Assembly: GCA_048128005.1 (NCBI GenBank)
Contig: JBEUKZ010000038.1
Location: 124,001-188,000 of the forward strand
Source of the DNA: Veleropilina oligotropha
Lineage: Eukaryota
DNA: 64,000 bases
Reading direction: 5' to 3'
The notes beneath the pieces are model-generated. The model worked only from the letters and a program-made list of their open reading frames with translations. It was not told the DNA's origin and did no database searches. The position numbers and the translations under genes were made by a program. Positions 58,703-64,000 of this stretch are shown here, piece after piece; within the stretch, counting starts at the first letter, position 1, and every line of letters begins with the position of its first letter.

Positions 58703-61688
58703 GGCTGCCGGCATTTGCGACGGTCCCAGCTGCCCGCTTCCGCCGGTGGGAGCGTATCTGTTAGCGTACAGCCAGTCGTGGTTGGAACTAACAGACAGCA
58801 GCTGGGTCCACGTAGTCGTGATTGCCGGATACAAGTTGGCATTCAACCGGCATCCGACCCTAACCGAGGCACCACCACCAAGACACGCTCGCCTCCTAAA
58901 CGGAGAGAAACAAGCGGTCTTGGACCAGGCAGTGCGGGATTTGCTCCTAAAAAGAGCGATATATCCCGCGCCGCCCAGCACACCAGGATTTTACAGCCAT
59001 TTCGTCCTGGTCCCGAAACCTGATGGCCGCTGGCGACCGATCCTCGATCTCTCGCACCTCAACCGATATCTTCGTACCGAGAAATTCCAGCAAGAAACCC
59101 TCTCGAAGATACGAGCGGCCATCCGTCCAGGAGACTGGGCAGCGTCTATCGATCTGACCGACGCGTATCTGCATGTCCCGATGCATATCACGGCTCATCA
59201 GTACCTTCGGTTTATACACGGGGAGACGATCTACCAATTCAGGTGCCTACCGTTCGGTCTATCGTCAGCCCCGTACGTCTTCACGAGAACAGTACAGGCC
59301 CTCGGAGCCTTCCTACACTCTCTAGGGCACAGGGTACATATGTACCTCGATGACTGGCTGATCCTCGGGGCGTCCCGAGATCTGTGCCTCCGGTCTACGA
59401 GCTTTACCCTGTCATCAACGAAGCGCCTGGGATTTCAGATCAACGAGACAAAATCCTGCTTCGTGCCCTCGACGACGTTTACGTTCCTCGGAGTCGACTT
59501 CGATATGGTCCGGTACACCGCGAAACCGACCCAGAAGCATATGCGGAACCTACGCGCGGTTATCCAAGACACCCTGTCATCGGACATAACTACAGCGCGA
59601 CAACTGGCCACTGTCCTGGGGCACATCGAGTCGGTAGCGACCCTGCTACCGACGGGTCGCATGGACAAACGACCGTTACAACAGGCGTTCAGGGTTCGCT
59701 GGATACAACGGACGGGGCAGTGGACGGATCGCATCGATCTTCGGCATTGGTTTACCAACACGACAGCAGTGTGGTTGAACCCTGCTTTGCCGGACCAGTC
59801 GGTTCCTATATCCCCGCCAGAGCCGAACGCTTACCTGTTCACAGACGCTTCGAACGACGGCTGGGGTGGTCACCTCGACAGTTACGAGACGTCAGGCCTA
59901 TGGCCGACGGACCTTCAGGGACGACACATCAACTTCCTAGAGTTAGAAGCCGTCTACCTGTCAGTACGGTCCCTCTCGTCACATCTCCGCAACAAGCACA
60001 TAATGCTCGCCACGGACAACACGACTGTCGTCGCTTACATCCAGCACCAGGGCGGCACTCGCTCGCGTCCCCTTTGCGACCGAGCAATAGACCTACACCG
60101 CCTAGTGATGTCCCTCAACTCGACGATTCGAGCCCGACACATCCCGGGAAAGCTGAATGTCAGAGCGGACTCGCTCTCTCGGAAATCACAGATAATACAC
60201 ACAGAGTGGACGCTACACAGCCGAGTAGCTCGGGACGTTTGTCGCCGGTGGTCACAACCCCTAGTCGATCTGTTTGCAACAGAATTCAATCACCGACTAC
60301 CTCTGTATGTCTCCCCGTACCCGGACCCGGCCGCCCTAGCGGTCGACGCACTGTCAATGACATGGGAGAATCTGTCCACGTATGCCTTCCCCCCGTCGTG
60401 CATTCTGACACTGGTATTACAGAAGGCATCGAACGAACGTTGCGAGATAACGCTAATCGCGCCCCTGTATCGCACGCAACCTTGGTTTCCGACCCTCCTC
60501 GATCTGATCGTCGATCGACCGTTAGCGCTCCCGCAGAAGCCGGACCTGTTAATGCAGCCGCGCACCCGTGTACTACATCCATCGCCGAACGACTTACGTT
60601 TACACGCCTGGCGGTTATCGAACGATCCCTTGCTAAGAAAGGATTTTCTCACGCAACAGCCCTACGCATCTACCGATCGAGAAGGCTTTCCACGACAAAA
60701 GTTTATGACTACCGATGGGTCAAGTACGTGGATTGGTGTCACAGCCGGCAGGTCAATATTCTCCGCCCCCCCTGTGAACAAGTTTATCGAGTTTTTATCG
60801 TCGCTCTTTGAACGCGGTATGTCAGTGTCCGCCGTCAAAGGCTATCGGGCAACGATCGCGACCACGTTAAAACAGTGTCGTGCCCATGTTGGCCTATCTA
60901 GAGACCGAACGATTTCGGATTTTATACGATCCTACGAGCTCGAGATGCCGACCCGAACCATACGGCCACCTGCCTGGAATATCGTTCTCATTCTTAACGC
61001 TCTACACTTACCCCCGTACGAGCCGATGTCCACGGTGTCTATGAGGAACTTAACGCACAAAACGGTTTTTCTGATCGCCTTAGCGTCGGGCAGGCGTTGT
61101 TCCGAGATTCATAGTTTATCCGCCGAGCTACGAGATATTCGATTCCAGTCAGACGGGTCGGTGATGCTGCGTCCGATTCTGGGCTTTCTCGCCAAGAACC
61201 AACGGCCGAACGAGGACGCACCTGATATTATTATCCCCAAGCTTACGCTGGTCGGAATGCACGATGTAGACCGGTTAAACTGCCCCGTGCGGGCCCTACG
61301 CTTCTACCTCGACAGGACCCGTGATATGCGGCAGGGAAAATTACGTTTATTCATTTCGTATTTACCAACTTATACCCGCGACATTACGAAGACGACTGTT
61401 TCGCGGTGGATTTCACAGGTAGTGAGAGATGTATACCTCCGCTGTGAAGAAGTAGACCGCACTACTTTGTCGGTCCGCGCGCACGAGGTCCGTGCAATTG
61501 CTGCGTCTATTGCCTTCCGACACAGTTTAAATATCACAGCGTTGCTTCAAGCAGGTTACTGGAAGAATGCAAATGTCTTTGTCAAGTATTATCTGCGGGA
61601 TTATTCAACAGGTGCTGATGGTTTGAGCAGTCTACAGTGTGTGGCTGCTCAACGATGTATTGTTAGACCGAGGTCGTCTAATCAGTGA
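58494..61688 (+). CDS. DIRS copy 3 RT-RNaseH-MTase fused in frame to YR by +1 C at 60766-60772
   Basis: 1064-aa ORF; C7 run versus C6 in copy 1. Confidence 0.75.
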   Translation: MPSRRRYCTLPGVHLPTRGSAQGPPGPRSLLSVRSPLRVVGLRPINPLRRGEHLQRNPVSRAGEGSLGPRAAGICDGPSCPLPPVGAYLLAYSQSWLELTDSSWVHVVVIAGYKLAFNRHPTLTEAPPPRHARLLNGEKQAVLDQAVRDLLLKRAIYPAPPSTPGFYSHFVLVPKPDGRWRPILDLSHLNRYLRTEKFQQETLSKIRAAIRPGDWAASIDLTDAYLHVPMHITAHQYLRFIHGETIYQFRCLPFGLSSAPYVFTRTVQALGAFLHSLGHRVHMYLDDWLILGASRDLCLRSTSFTLSSTKRLGFQINETKSCFVPSTTFTFLGVDFDMVRYTAKPTQKHMRNLRAVIQDTLSSDITTARQLATVLGHIESVATLLPTGRMDKRPLQQAFRVRWIQRTGQWTDRIDLRHWFTNTTAVWLNPALPDQSVPISPPEPNAYLFTDASNDGWGGHLDSYETSGLWPTDLQGRHINFLELEAVYLSVRSLSSHLRNKHIMLATDNTTVVAYIQHQGGTRSRPLCDRAIDLHRLVMSLNSTIRARHIPGKLNVRADSLSRKSQIIHTEWTLHSRVARDVCRRWSQPLVDLFATEFNHRLPLYVSPYPDPAALAVDALSMTWENLSTYAFPPSCILTLVLQKASNERCEITLIAPLYRTQPWFPTLLDLIVDRPLALPQKPDLLMQPRTRVLHPSPNDLRLHAWRLSNDPLLRKDFLTQQPYASTDREGFPRQKFMTTDGSSTWIGVTAGRSIFSAPPVNKFIEFLSSLFERGMSVSAVKGYRATIATTLKQCRAHVGLSRDRTISDFIRSYELEMPTRTIRPPAWNIVLILNALHLPPYEPMSTVSMRNLTHKTVFLIALASGRRCSEIHSLSAELRDIRFQSDGSVMLRPILGFLAKNQRPNEDAPDIIIPKLTLVGMHDVDRLNCPVRALRFYLDRTRDMRQGKLRLFISYLPTYTRDITKTTVSRWISQVVRDVYLRCEEVDRTTLSVRAHEVRAIAASIAFRHSLNITALLQAGYWKNANVFVKYYLRDYSTGADGLSSLQCVAAQRCIVRPRSSNQ

Positions 61689-64000
61689 GTATTGTTCCTT
61701 GATTTATCAATTTACATAATCTGTGCTGATGCAATGCTATTGTTATGACTAGCTATTCTATGAAATAGACATTCTGAGGCGATTCAATGTATGTTCATTT
61801 CTTAAAAACATTTTAAGATTTTGATACTTTCATGTCATACCTGAGTATTTTGACAAGCCAGTTCACACTGAATTTAATAAACAATTATTTTGCAACAACG
61901 TCTTATAGAATTTTGAGGTTCAATATTATTGATGTTCTAGGCTGTTACAAAGAACATACGATGTTCAAGACATTGAACAAATTTTAATATTTGCTTCCTT
62001 AAAATTTATTTTAAGTAACATGTTGTACTCATGTTAGCTATTCGCAAGTTGGTCATGCGAATCACTTATTAATATCGATTATTATAAATAATCTATTAAT
62101 TCTTTGCTTAAGATTTGATATATTCACGGCCTAACTAAGGTTCCGTGTGCTTACAAATCCGACTGCTTCCTCTGGCTACCTGCCTTTGGGCCGGAGTACC
62201 ATTTGGCTGCCACTGGTCCATGACACGTAAGACCTACAGGGATTCATCCTTCCGGCCGTGCCTGGGGCTGAGTGCACTTCCGCTTCACCTCGTCCGACTA
62301 ACACCACGGCGTATTCTCCCGGTAACACTGGTCGAAATTCTCGCTTGGTAAGAGTAGAATATAATACTCAGTAAATTCCACTCTGGGCGGACACAATCGA
62401 CGCTTCATGCTGATTGAAATGGTGAAAAGTAAGTCATTATCTTGTTTGGGTTTGCTGTAAGGAACTTCTTACCCACCTATCCAAGGTTATTCTGGCAAGA
62501 GTAAGGACGTAAGTATGTTTGTAACTACATATGAGGTTTTTAATTAAACCTAATATTAGTTAAAACATACTTACGTCCTTACTGCGATTACCCACCCTGC
62601 GTTTCGCATTCCTCCCCTCTACTAAGTTCCTTTGGGGTTCTGAACTTTGAATTGAGGTCTTGTGACTTCGATGGCTCGGAAGTCTCGCGAGACTTGGCGA
62701 GATCTCGCTGGGGGAACTTAGGAGAGGTGGAGCAGGGGAGGTAATCGTAGTGTTTGACTTAAAAGGAGTGCCTAAATGTGACTTTATTCACTGTTTCCGG
62801 TTGGCGATAATATGACTATTATGGCAAGAGTAAGGACGTAAGTATGTTTTAACTAATATTAGGTTTAATTAAAAACCTCATTTCGGTAACATTCCGAATT
62901 TCCATAAAGGAGTTATGCCCCTTGATTGACTTGGAAACATTTTTTCATTTCCGGGCGGTAACTTGAGAATAATGCCTTCATGGATTTACATAAAATTTGG
63001 TATTCACGTGTATGATTGTAATGGCTAAGCTTAAGTGCAGTGCGATTTCGGTAAAATTCCCTTGTTCCATAAGGGAGTTATGCCCCTTCATTCACTTGGA
63101 AACTTTTCATTTCGTGGCGGTAACTTCAGAATGCCATCATGGATTTAAATTAAATTTGATATTCACGTGTATGATCATAATAGCGAAGTGGAGTTAAATT
63201 TCGGTGACATTCCGCCTTCACATAAGGGAGTTATGTCCCTTCATCAACATGCAATTTTTTTTCCATTTTCGGCCGATAACTTGATAATGCCTTCATGGAT
63301 ATAAATTACATTTGGTATACATGTGTAATATCATTGGAAACAAATTTTATGCCCGGTCCCCTGCAAAACGAAGTATGGAGAGCATTTATTGTTACACATG
63401 TTTGTCTCTCGAATGAATGCTTTAGATTCTGCGCTATATTAAGGCATTCATGGATTCAAATTAAATTAATTTTATATACACATGTATATCAGAATATCTG
63501 AGTGGAGTTTCATTTCTATAAATTCCCAACTTCAGTTAGGAGACATAGGACATTAATTATTAATTTAATTTGTTTTCTATTCTGGACGATAACTTTTGAA
63601 TACATTCATGGAATGAAACTATATTTGGAATATAGGTGTATACTTATTCATACATTAATTGTTAAATGCGTAAATTCAATGTTAAGAGAGTTATTGCTGT
63701 TCACTTCGAATTTCTTTCATTCCTGGCAGTTGTTTCAGAGGGGGCATTCGTGTCACTCTGACATATCTACTTGTTATTGACTTGAAAACTACCGGATCAA
63801 TTTTCACCCAATTGGTATATATCGGATGGCCAATAAAAAACCTCCCGAACTTTAAAGGTTAATAACTTTGCAACTAACCACTGTGTTGTTATGAAACTTC
63901 ACACAACTCATATATATGATGTTTTTAATATTTGCTGAAAGTTTCAAGTGTCTATGTCACATATTTTTTCTGCAGTCGGATAAGTATAAACAAAAGTCAT

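Larger units (their letters stand above)
55467..62880 (+). mobile_element. DIRS1-type retrotransposon, copy 3 (frameshifted)
   Basis: ITRs, ICR ~62493-62583; splits a tandem-repeat unit without TSD. Confidence 0.97.
54979..63775 (+). mobile_element. HINE-like element (same family as 53541) interrupted by DIRS copy 3
   Basis: Same head and tail as the 53541 element; core unit resumes at 62881. Confidence 0.8.

Overview
Animal genomic DNA, AT-rich with spliceosomal introns; the repeat types suggest a mollusc or other lophotrochozoan (inference). The window lies inside a plus-strand MEGF6-like (multiple EGF-like domains 6) gene. I can chain 19 phase-compatible GT-AG coding exons from 3980 to 49516; the 5' exons are outside the window and the 3' end is unresolved. 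About 35% of the window is three independent, full-length (~7.4 kb) DIRS1-type tyrosine-recombinase retrotransposons (27386-34796, 41621-49066, 55467-62880). All are in the gene's sense orientation and nested in other repeats; the middle copy has all ORFs intact. The rest is a degraded Tc1 element, about ten Helentron-associated (HINE/pearl-like) elements with mostly ~150-160-bp core repeats, tRNA-derived SINEs, a TTAA-flanked MITE and minisatellites. Most interesting: (1) six candidate frame-preserving microexons (9-27 nt) in MEGF6, four clustered in one intron and three of those encoding related Lys-rich peptides; (2) a conserved spliceosomal-type intron with a perfect TACTAAC and covarying hairpins in the DIRS leader; (3) DIRS gag and recombinase ORFs in frame across a single UAG; (4) a tandem array derived from an exon/donor junction.
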